From contig JBHLNT010000006.1 in the NCBI GenBank assembly GCA_048941265.1, positions 6,987-70,986 on the forward strand: a stretch of 64,000 nt of DNA, written 5' to 3'. Below are positions 37,626 through 46,526 of this stretch, in pieces (positions within the stretch are counted from its first letter, which is position 1; each line of letters opens with the position of its first letter). Position numbers and translations under genes: made by a program. The notes under the pieces were generated by a model. It did no database searches and was not told where the DNA came from. It saw only the letters and a program-made list of their open reading frames with translations. Origin of the DNA: Promethearchaeota archaeon (GTDB lineage Archaea; Asgardarchaeota; Lokiarchaeia; Sigyniarchaeales; SOKP01).

Positions 37626-40600
37626 ATTAAAATTTATATATACAATACAAAAAAAAATAAAAGAAGACTGATAATCTTATTTTTACTCCTCGGATTAGCT
37701 AATGCAAACTTTTCTGCGATTAATTTTATTTCTTTCACAGGTGTACCAACAACTAAAAACGGTTCAAATGAGAATAATCCTCCATTAAATGATAACACTC
37801 TCGAACTTGCAGCATATTCAGACACAACCGAACAAACTGGAAACAATATTGCGATTACTCAGCATCAATCAATTAATAATACAGGTAATCCTTTATATGA
37901 AATTACCGATTTTAACAGCCTTGAGAACCGTACATTTGAAATTGATTGCCCTACTGATACTGATTTTAAATCTTCATACACCGAAATAAAAGTCAATGAT
38001 ATTTATGCTCCAAATATAACACTCGTAGTTGATAATGATATTTCAAATACAGCACCAATTGGTTACAATTATACTGTATCGGGCAGCGTTTATGCATCAT
38101 TTCGAACTAACGGAGGTGTGGGTTATTTAGATAATTTTACTTTTTATGCTGCAAAAGGAGGAGCTACTGGTTGTACGTTCAATATTTATCTATACACTGC
38201 AAAATTGCTATCAGGATTTCCTGCTCCTGACACTATGATAACTGGTAGTAGTATAGGTTCAGGTTCTCTTACATCAGAAATACAAAATTGGGTCACAATC
38301 ACAGGTTTACATACTTTATTTAATTCTTCCTCCTTAGAAACTTATGACAATACATTCTTTATAAGAATACAGATTACTGGTGCAGAGAATATAATTTGGA
38401 ATGGTAATTATGATCGATCTGCTCTTTTTGATGGAAAAGACGAAACACAAGTATATGATAATCCTACAACAAGAACTTATATCCCACCATTTATTGATAG
38501 TTATGTAGATCTAAACTTTAAAGTCGGCCTAGGTTTCCCTGATAATACACCTGCACCAAAAGATTTAGCGATGACAATAAATAATACGGAAGTGAGCAAT
38601 GGAGTTGACAATTCTGGAACATGGACAAATAATACTGTCTTACCCAGATCAAATAATCAATTAAATTTTACTATTGATTCTGATTGGTGGAACGTGACCT
38701 GCACCATAACCAAAATACAGGTCAACTATACCAAGACCAGTGTATACGGAATTGCTAACTTTACAGCATCGACAATTGATGATACAATATATTGGAATGT
38801 TACAATGAGTGATTTAATCAATGACTTTGAAGGAAAATTCGAAAATCCCTATATAAATTTCACAGTACCGTCTCACTGGCAAAATGTTAAAGTTTGGAAT
38901 GGAGGTACGCAAATGGCGATAAGTACAACAAGGCTGTTGGGGACTGGATATAACGAATTACAAATCCTTAATGCTAATAATGGAAACTTCTGGTTCTTGA
39001 ACGCTACGACTACAAATATGATAGAAGGAACAGATGGTATAAAGACTTATGATGATTTGGGTGTCAATGTGAATCAGATTAATTATACAAATACGATGGA
39101 AATTAATGCAACTTTAATACAAGACATAGCTTCGAATAATGGATATCTGAATTTAACGATATATAATGGGATTCCGCCATATTATGTGAATTATTCAAGC
39201 AATCCGACGACATTTGAGGGAATTCGAGAAATTACCGTCGATGACTGGGATATGACTACTGTAGATGAGTATGGAAACTATAGAATACAAGTATTGTGGC
39301 AAAATGGTACTGATGTTGGATTTCGAGAAAAGATGATTAGAGTAGTAGGTGAAACAGATATGATTCTGACTACTCCCGCAGTGAACACGTTCAATGCTGA
39401 TCAGGTCTTTAACATTACTGTGTTTAATAATGATACGGGAAAAGATAAAGGATATATACCAACATTATTTACATATACGCTTGATAATGGTGCACATTGG
39501 AGGTCTGGAACTGATAATATCACTGCAACCTCAACTCCAGGTGAATATAACATCACTATTCATTGTAATGACACTCAATTTAACGGATACGGCCCGAAAA
39601 CTATACGAATCAATGCTAATAGGGAATCCTACTATAATCAATCCAAAACATTCGATATAAATATTTTAGCAGTGACATCTTACTCATTAATAGGAAGTGG
39701 TGGAAAATCTGATTTTAATTCAAATGAAGTTTTTAATATTACAATTGAATATTGGGATGATGAATTAGATGAGGGAATTGATACCAATGAGATAGAGTAT
39801 AGACTAAATAATACAGCAGATTTTCAATCAAGTAATATTCAAAACATAGGGAATGGTCAATATAATATTACAGTTTATTGTAATGATATTTCTTTTGGGG
39901 CATATGGTCCACAGTCCATCCTAATTAATATTAATAAGACATACTATCATAACCATACTCGAACTGTTGGTTTTAATATTACAGGAGTAACTAATATAAA
40001 TATCGATTATCCTAATCCAAATACTCAATTCCTAACATCAAAGATATTTAATATTACAGTAAATTTCCAAGATACTTCAAGAACTCAAGGGGATATAGCA
40101 GATGCATACATTTATTATAAGCTTAATGATACTGAAAATTATAGAGATATTCCAAGTGATTGGAAATATATTGGCAATGGACAATATAATATAACCATTG
40201 ACGGGAGTGATATAGCATTTAATGGAAATCCATATGGTTTATACACAATAACAGTAAATGCGAGTAAACAATATTATGAAAACAAAAGTAGATCAATTAA
40301 TATAATAATCATAGGAGATACTTCATTAGCAGCAATAAGTCCGTCTCAAGGGGGATATTATAGTCCAGGCGGGGATCCTTTCAATATCACAGTAGAATAT
40401 AAAGATGCCATAAGATCCCAGGACATAATTGGCGCAAATATCGTATGTAGGCTTAATGATACTGGTGCTCTCTTCCGTTCGGATATTGTCAAGTATATCG
40501 GCAATGATCAATATAATATTACAATAAATCCAGACGATGTAGATATAAGAAATATATATGGACCTATTAATGTTGTGATAAACGCCTCTAATACATTCTA

Positions 40601-42794
40601 TAGAAATAGATCAATCACTTTTAATTTCAATAGAGTGATTACTACGCAGATTACATCTCCTGATAATCCTCCAAATCCTAACAATGTTAATCTCGGTTGG
40701 ATTTTCAGAGAACAAAATGTTTCATATGTGTTTTATTATAATACTACACTTGGAGATCCAATAAATAGTGCTGATAGGGAAGTTTTAGAAAATGATGGAG
40801 GCTTTATTTATTCTATTCTTGATTTAGGAAATGGTAAATACAACGTCAGTTTGGATTCGACTGGTATGAAAGCCCAAGTAATTCCGTATACATTTAAGTT
40901 TAGAATTTCAGCAACAGGAAATCAATCTCAGGAAATTACCTTGACAATACAAGTCTTACTACCAAATACAAAGATTGATATGAAAACTGATATTTCCGAT
41001 TTTCAAGTTCCAGTTGGATTCAATATAACTTTGGAATTTAACTTTACAGACGACTATCATGGGGGAAGAATAGAGTCCATTACATCTGAGAATGTGACTG
41101 TTGAATATTATGATGGTATTGGTTGGGTTGATTACAATATTACTTATGGAGGTAATCCTAATTTTCCTAATGGAGCATGGGAATTATACAATCTCACTAA
41201 AGGACAATATCGCTTAAATATTACAACGTGGAAATTAGGTAATGGTAATAGATATACCATACGGATAAAAATTTCGTATATTTCTTCGAATCCTGGACGA
41301 TATAATGATAGTATAATCGAAATTAACAACTTTTTATATGGTACCTCTTCAATTATTCCACCTGATGGTGGAGGTGGTGGAGGTGGCGGTGGAGGTGGGG
41401 GCACAACTGTAACAGGAATTGCTCCTGAAACACTTATGCTCTACATTATAATCATAGCTGCCGTAGTTGGGCTTGTAGCTGCTATTGTAGGTGTACAAAA
41501 AGGTGTAATAGCGCCTAAAAAGCGAGAAAAAGAGAGAGTACTAAGAGAAGTAACAACGGTCTTTGATGATGCCATAAATTTAGAGCATTTACTCGTCATT
41601 TTTAAGGGTACTGGAACGTGTATATTCTTTAAATCGTATGGAATGGAGGAAATTGACCCTGAATTAATTAGTGGATTTTTAACTGCTGTATCTTCTTTCG
41701 GAAGAGAAATGGATTCCCAAGAAGCACTAAATGAAATCAAATACGGTGATAAAATGCTTTTGTTAGCCGATGGGGAATATATTAGAGTTGCTTTAGTCTT
41801 AGAAAAAAGTGCTTCAATCATATTACGTCAACACTTAAAAGATTTCATTGATGCTTTTGAAGTAGCATATGCTAATGCCTTACCAAAGTGGAGGGGACAA
41901 ATAAATGTCTTCAAAGATGCGGGAGATTTAGTTGATGAGAAGTTACATACGTCGATTATTTTGCCTCATGAAATTAAATATGATTTAGGAAAAGTTAAAG
42001 CTCTGAAAAATCCTCACTCTAAGGATGTTTTGAAAATCGCAAACGGTTTAGTGGCAGAATCAGATCGTAAATTCTTCTTTATAGCAACTCTATTAATTGA
42101 AGCTGTCGATAAAACAGGAAAAGATAAGGCAGAGATCTTTATGGGTATTAAGGAACTAAGAGATTCCGGTTTATTATCACCAATTCAAATAACAACCATT
42201 GAAGAGCAACCAATTTCTCAACAAGAAATGAATCTTATAAGACAAAAACTTCAATCAATACCAGGACTAACAGATCAAGAACGCCAAAAGTTGGTAACCG
42301 ATGTTGCAAAAATGAGCCCTGCAGAGAGAGAAGCTTATATTACAAGTTTGGCTGAGAAAAAGGAAATCGTATCTGCTCCTATTATATCGAAAGCTGGAGC
42401 TGTAGTAATAGATAATATCAAATCTGCAAAGAGGGAAGTTTCAAATCTCAGAAAGAAAGCCAAATCAGAAGTTAAAAGGAAAAATATTGAAAAAGGCATT
42501 GGAATTTATCGAGAAGCCGCGGTTATCGCAACGAATTGGGATTTAACAAAAGAATTTGAAGTTATTGAAGATGAAATTAGAATAATCACAATCAGCGATT
42601 TAAAATCAAAAATGAAAGTCTTAGAAGCGGAAGCTAAATTAGCAGCCAAAGCAGGTGATTATGCCGAAGCTGCTGAAAAATATAGTATTGCATCGGAGGC
42701 TGCATCAGAGATTTTCAAGCTAGGAATTACAGAAATGACTAAAGAAGTAAAACGACTAACAAATAAATCTAAAGAATTTGAAAGACTAAGTTAA
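37626..42794 (+). CDS. Giant type-I surface protein: signal peptide, Ig-like repeat ectodomain rich in N-x-S/T, poly-Gly stalk, single TM, approx 430-aa cytoplasmic tail; start codon non-canonical or uncertain
   Basis: The frame is open from 37614 (after TAG at 37611-37613) to 42794. Upstream of the track's GTG at 38118 it encodes ...IKIYIYNTKKNKRRLIILFLLLGLANANFSA..., a classic signal peptide, but there is no ATG/GTG/TTG in this stretch (only ATT, ATA and CTG). TM helix is LMLYIIIIAAVVGLVAAIVGV. Confidence 0.75.
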   Translation: MKIYIYNTKKNKRRLIILFLLLGLANANFSAINFISFTGVPTTKNGSNENNPPLNDNTLELAAYSDTTEQTGNNIAITQHQSINNTGNPLYEITDFNSLENRTFEIDCPTDTDFKSSYTEIKVNDIYAPNITLVVDNDISNTAPIGYNYTVSGSVYASFRTNGGVGYLDNFTFYAAKGGATGCTFNIYLYTAKLLSGFPAPDTMITGSSIGSGSLTSEIQNWVTITGLHTLFNSSSLETYDNTFFIRIQITGAENIIWNGNYDRSALFDGKDETQVYDNPTTRTYIPPFIDSYVDLNFKVGLGFPDNTPAPKDLAMTINNTEVSNGVDNSGTWTNNTVLPRSNNQLNFTIDSDWWNVTCTITKIQVNYTKTSVYGIANFTASTIDDTIYWNVTMSDLINDFEGKFENPYINFTVPSHWQNVKVWNGGTQMAISTTRLLGTGYNELQILNANNGNFWFLNATTTNMIEGTDGIKTYDDLGVNVNQINYTNTMEINATLIQDIASNNGYLNLTIYNGIPPYYVNYSSNPTTFEGIREITVDDWDMTTVDEYGNYRIQVLWQNGTDVGFREKMIRVVGETDMILTTPAVNTFNADQVFNITVFNNDTGKDKGYIPTLFTYTLDNGAHWRSGTDNITATSTPGEYNITIHCNDTQFNGYGPKTIRINANRESYYNQSKTFDINILAVTSYSLIGSGGKSDFNSNEVFNITIEYWDDELDEGIDTNEIEYRLNNTADFQSSNIQNIGNGQYNITVYCNDISFGAYGPQSILININKTYYHNHTRTVGFNITGVTNINIDYPNPNTQFLTSKIFNITVNFQDTSRTQGDIADAYIYYKLNDTENYRDIPSDWKYIGNGQYNITIDGSDIAFNGNPYGLYTITVNASKQYYENKSRSINIIIIGDTSLAAISPSQGGYYSPGGDPFNITVEYKDAIRSQDIIGANIVCRLNDTGALFRSDIVKYIGNDQYNITINPDDVDIRNIYGPINVVINASNTFYRNRSITFNFNRVITTQITSPDNPPNPNNVNLGWIFREQNVSYVFYYNTTLGDPINSADREVLENDGGFIYSILDLGNGKYNVSLDSTGMKAQVIPYTFKFRISATGNQSQEITLTIQVLLPNTKIDMKTDISDFQVPVGFNITLEFNFTDDYHGGRIESITSENVTVEYYDGIGWVDYNITYGGNPNFPNGAWELYNLTKGQYRLNITTWKLGNGNRYTIRIKISYISSNPGRYNDSIIEINNFLYGTSSIIPPDGGGGGGGGGGGGTTVTGIAPETLMLYIIIIAAVVGLVAAIVGVQKGVIAPKKREKERVLREVTTVFDDAINLEHLLVIFKGTGTCIFFKSYGMEEIDPELISGFLTAVSSFGREMDSQEALNEIKYGDKMLLLADGEYIRVALVLEKSASIILRQHLKDFIDAFEVAYANALPKWRGQINVFKDAGDLVDEKLHTSIILPHEIKYDLGKVKALKNPHSKDVLKIANGLVAESDRKFFFIATLLIEAVDKTGKDKAEIFMGIKELRDSGLLSPIQITTIEEQPISQQEMNLIRQKLQSIPGLTDQERQKLVTDVAKMSPAEREAYITSLAEKKEIVSAPIISKAGAVVIDNIKSAKREVSNLRKKAKSEVKRKNIEKGIGIYREAAVIATNWDLTKEFEVIEDEIRIITISDLKSKMKVLEAEAKLAAKAGDYAEAAEKYSIASEAASEIFKLGITEMTKEVKRLTNKSKEFERLS
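39372..40646 (+). repeat. Four tandem approx 105-aa Ig-like modules inside the giant surface protein gene
   Basis: Each unit contains (V/I/P)FNIT(V/I)..., ...GNGQYNIT(V/I)..., ...YGP..I.IN(A)(S/N)..YY.N.S. Two more diverged units follow, up to about 41340. Confidence 0.8.
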
Positions 42795-42850
42795 TTTTTT
42801 TTTAAAATTATTTTTTTTTATTTTCTTTTTACTTATTTTTTTTATTATCC
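42795..42850 (+). terminator. Oligo-T tracts downstream of the giant gene (putative archaeal terminator)
   Basis: Several T5-T10 runs follow the stop codon immediately. Caveat: the background is AT-rich. Confidence 0.3.
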
Positions 42851-42985
42851 AGTCTAACTCGTTTTAGGTTTTTATTGATATCTGATTTCTATGTAAATTC
42901 TTTTTAATTTTAATTTATATTGTAATTTTAAATACTATAATTGATTATGAGAACGTAATAAAATCTTTTTTTTAAGGGAGAAAAA

Positions 42986-43219
42986 TTGGAAATTCCAGCT
43001 GATGCTGTTGAAAACATTGAACGAATTGTGTTGAGAATTCTTTATGATGAAAAAGCGGTAAAATCAACGAATTTATTAGTTGAACGAGTGTTAGCGATAA
43101 CTTTTGAAGAAAAAATTGCCATATCAGAAAAAAATATAAAATTAATAATTAATAAAATGGACCAAGAGGACAAAATACAATTTAGCCAATCTAAAGGAGG
43201 TTGGAAAATTAAAATTTAA
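42986..43219 (+). CDS. Small hypothetical protein (possible winged-helix)
   Basis: 77-aa ORF with a TTG start 5 nt after GGGAG. No recognisable motif. Confidence 0.4.
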   Translation: MEIPADAVENIERIVLRILYDEKAVKSTNLLVERVLAITFEEKIAISEKNIKLIINKMDQEDKIQFSQSKGGWKIKI

Positions 43220-43242
43220 TTTTTTTTTATGGAGAAATCAGA

Positions 43243-44544
43243 TTAAGGTTCCCCAATTCCCCCTTCAGTAATAGTAAACACTGCTTCACTTTCGGGTAAA
43301 TGTGGAGCATCAACAATTTTAGCTATTCTCTGTTCTCCTTTCCCTTTTCTCAAGTAAATCCTAATTGTAGTTCCATGAGCAACAACATGGCCTCCTGTAT
43401 GAGTAGTAGGATTTCCATAGAAAACATCTGGTTTAGAAGATACTTGATTTGAAACAACTACTGCAAGGTCATTATGAATATCACATAATCTGAGAAGATC
43501 ATGAATGTGCTGATTAATAAGTTGTTGTCGGTTGGCTAATGTGCCTCTTCCAACATATTCCGATCTAAAATGTCCGATGAGAGAATCAACAATAATTAAT
43601 TTAATATTCTTTTCTTTGATAAGATTAGCGCTATCCTTAACCAAGAGTATCTGATGATCACTATTATAAGCACGACCAAAGACAATATTTTTTAAAATTT
43701 TCTTATAATCTAAATCTAAAGTTTCTGCCATCTGAATTATTCTTTCGGGTCTAAATGTCCCTTCAGTATCAATATAAAGCGCGTTTCCTTCTAATCCTCC
43801 TTGGTCTTTTGGCAATTGTACATTAACACAAAGCTGATGCATAATCTGAGTCTTTCCTGTCCTAAATTCACCAAAAAATTCAGTAATACTGCCTGTTTCT
43901 ATACCACCACCTAATAGATCGTCAAATTCTTTATTATTTGTTGTGATTCGTGCTATGTTTTTCCTATGCTCCCAAATTTCTTCTCCTGATTTGAATCCAA
44001 TCCCTAACTTTTCCATGCTTGCTTTAATTAACTTAGCCGTAGACTTTTCACCAAGACCACTATCCTCTTGAATTATTCTTGGGGGTGTATATGCTATTGA
44101 TTCCAAGGAGTTGAAACCAGCTTTTATCAGTTTATTTAATGTGGCCTCCCCTACACCAGGTAAAGATTTCACAGCTTTTATGCAATCATCAAGACCATTT
44201 ACTGATGAATCTTCAATACTTTCATCTTCTAAATCTTCACTTTCGGAATCATCCTCATTATCCTCATCAACAAAAACATCCTCAAAATCAGAATCTTCAA
44301 TGTTATCTTCATATTCTAATTCATTAAATGCTTCAATTAATTCTTTTTCATCATCATAATCTTCAACTTCAGAATCTGAATTTGCTTTAGGGGCTTCAGT
44401 TTCGGAATTCCCATTCTCTTTTAGCAATTTTATGATATCTTTTTTGCGAGTCTTCGAAGGAACATCAATATCCCTCTCAACAGCATAATTTTTTAAATCT
44501 TTAATAGTCATAGAATCAAAATCTATAGTTTCTGCTTTAGCCAT
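43243..44544 (-). CDS. radA: RadA recombinase with N-terminal SAP-like motif and acidic extension
   Basis: HhH region LPGVGEATLNKLIKAGF, Walker A GEFRTGKTQ, Walker B IKLIIVDS. An N-terminal approx 125-aa extension precedes them (see findings). ATG at 44544 (the track uses GTG at 44553). Confidence 0.9.
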   Translation of the reverse strand: MAKAETIDFDSMTIKDLKNYAVERDIDVPSKTRKKDIIKLLKENGNSETEAPKANSDSEVEDYDDEKELIEAFNELEYEDNIEDSDFEDVFVDEDNEDDSESEDLEDESIEDSSVNGLDDCIKAVKSLPGVGEATLNKLIKAGFNSLESIAYTPPRIIQEDSGLGEKSTAKLIKASMEKLGIGFKSGEEIWEHRKNIARITTNNKEFDDLLGGGIETGSITEFFGEFRTGKTQIMHQLCVNVQLPKDQGGLEGNALYIDTEGTFRPERIIQMAETLDLDYKKILKNIVFGRAYNSDHQILLVKDSANLIKEKNIKLIIVDSLIGHFRSEYVGRGTLANRQQLINQHIHDLLRLCDIHNDLAVVVSNQVSSKPDVFYGNPTTHTGGHVVAHGTTIRIYLRKGKGEQRIAKIVDAPHLPESEAVFTITEGGIGEP

Positions 44545-44737
44545 AATTATCACATTTTAAAAATATTTTTAAGTAGTTTTTATACTTGTTCTTAATTATG
44601 ATATATCTATAAACATGGATATTTTAAAGAGAGAAGACCATTAATTTTCAAATTTTTATTGAAAATATATAATCTTAAAAAAGTCTTAAAAAATGATCTG
44701 ATAAATATTGCGTTTTTGTTAAGTGGAAAAAGAATTT

Positions 44738-45100
44738 CTATGTGATATTTTTAATAGCTTCTGCTGTTTTTCTAAGCTCTATAAATGCTGTATCCATGCG
44801 TGCATCGACATCTAAACAAACAGCAACTATTAGCTCTTCATTACAGGCCATAACAATGAAATTCCCCTGATTTCCTTGAAGTATACATAAATCCAGAACT
44901 CCAGATCTTAATTCAAGGAGAACCCGCTCTGCAACACTCAATATAGTAGCTGTCATTGCTGCTAATTTGATATCGGATATTCCCTCTTCTAAAATTGACT
45001 GAACGATGAGTCCTTCAGCAGAAACTACTGCAGAAGATTTAATACCATCGATATTTTCATGTAAGGTCTGAAGCAAGAAAAGGAGTTGTTCGTCACTCAT
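44738..45100 (-). CDS. Roadblock/LC7 (MglB-like) domain protein
   Basis: 120 aa. IDGIKSSAVVSAEGLIVQS...LAAMTATILSVAERV...GNFIVMACNEELIVAVCLDVDARMD is a typical Roadblock pattern. Confidence 0.8.
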   Translation of the reverse strand: MSDEQLLFLLQTLHENIDGIKSSAVVSAEGLIVQSILEEGISDIKLAAMTATILSVAERVLLELRSGVLDLCILQGNQGNFIVMACNEELIVAVCLDVDARMDTAFIELRKTAEAIKNIT

Positions 45101-45281
45101 CTGTTGAAATAAGTTTGTAAATTAAGTTAATTAATTATTTATAAAATTATAATATTATTCTAATTTTAATGTTTTTATTTGGAAATTTTCATATCTTAAC
45201 ATTTATATTAATAATAAAAAGAAACATTATAAAAATATAGCTAAATCGAAAAAAAAGATATCTTCTAATTGTGAGATTCGT

Positions 45282-46526
45282 ATGAGTTTAGAAATAAAAT
45301 GTGAATATTATCCAAGGATTCCTCATGAAATTCTTGAAAATGGGTTACAATTAGTTAAAAAAAATAAAGAAAAATGGGATGAACCCTTTTTTACTGATCT
45401 AAATGCTTACTTGAATTTAGAGCAGATAAAGCGAGTTTCAGATCAATTTTTAACCAAAAAATTGAAAAATATTATTGTTTTAGGAACAGGGGGATCAATA
45501 CAAACATTATTGGCACTGAGGCATTTATCCCAGAGAATTATTCATCCAATTACAAATTCACGGGCGGTAGAACTAAAAAAATGTTTAGATAATACAAATG
45601 TAGAAGATTCTATAGTTATCCCAATATCAAGAGAGGGCGAAACTTTAGATGTTAACTCTATTATCGGAACATTTGTAAAAAAAGGTTATAAATTTTTGGG
45701 ATTATCTTCTAAAGGAACCATGAATGAGATTTTAAAAAAATTGGATTGCATAATTATGGATGTTCCTGATCTTTCTGGACGATTCGCGGGTTCCATGTCA
45801 AATGTTGGAATGGTTCCAGCATATTTATCTGGAATTAAAATAGAAGAGTTTTTAAATGGATTGGACCAAGGTTATAAGATTTTTATGAATTTTGATATTA
45901 ATCCCGCATTGGAATTTTCGATTTTTCTTTATGAACTATATAAACAAGGATATAAAATAGTTTTTTCTATGCCTTACTCTTTAAATCTTGAGGGTAGCGT
46001 TGGATTATTTGTACAAGAAATTTCAGAAAGTTCTGGGAAGGAAGGAAAAGGTTTAATGGGAGCTTATCAATCCGCACCGATATGTCAGCATTCTGTTTTG
46101 GAATACTTGTTGGGAGGAACTAAAGGTGCAGTTATACCTTTTCTATGGACTCTCGAAAATGAAAATCCAGACTTAAGACTTGAGTCATCAATTGAATATA
46201 TAAATGGACAATATGCTCAAAACATCATAAATTATCAAGCAGAAGCTACTTTTCAGGCATTACTTGAGCAAGGAGTTCCATCTGCGAAAATTTTGATCAA
46301 TAATCCGAGAGAGACAAATATTGGACAATTAATCTCATTTATTCAGTCAACAATCTATTACCTATGTTTGTTATTAGATGTGAATTGGTCTTCTAATCCA
46401 AAAGTTGTCATTGGAAAGGAGATTTGTAATGAGGCTTTAAAGAATAAAGCTTCAGTGGAACAAAGAATTAGAACACGAGAAAAAGTAGCAGATTGGGAGT
46501 TTAAAGATTTTTTTAATAAAAAATAA
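45282..46526 (+). CDS. pgi: Glucose-6-phosphate isomerase (archaeal SIS-type)
   Basis: VLGTGGS and DLSGRFAGSMSNVG approximate the PGI signatures. Confidence 0.65.
   Translation: MSLEIKCEYYPRIPHEILENGLQLVKKNKEKWDEPFFTDLNAYLNLEQIKRVSDQFLTKKLKNIIVLGTGGSIQTLLALRHLSQRIIHPITNSRAVELKKCLDNTNVEDSIVIPISREGETLDVNSIIGTFVKKGYKFLGLSSKGTMNEILKKLDCIIMDVPDLSGRFAGSMSNVGMVPAYLSGIKIEEFLNGLDQGYKIFMNFDINPALEFSIFLYELYKQGYKIVFSMPYSLNLEGSVGLFVQEISESSGKEGKGLMGAYQSAPICQHSVLEYLLGGTKGAVIPFLWTLENENPDLRLESSIEYINGQYAQNIINYQAEATFQALLEQGVPSAKILINNPRETNIGQLISFIQSTIYYLCLLLDVNWSSNPKVVIGKEICNEALKNKASVEQRIRTREKVADWEFKDFFNKK

Noticed and set aside
37634-37989. Track ORFs 37634-37846 (-) and 37789-37989 (+)
   Set aside because: Both overlap the upstream extension of the giant gene's frame, which encodes a textbook signal peptide and ectodomain-like sequence. 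The competing ORFs have no features.
41144-41404. Track ORF encoding a poly-proline run (MPPPPPPPPPPPPSGG...) on the minus strand
   Set aside because: It is the antisense shadow of the poly-glycine codons (GGN)n at 41367-41402 inside the giant plus-strand gene. There is no independent support.
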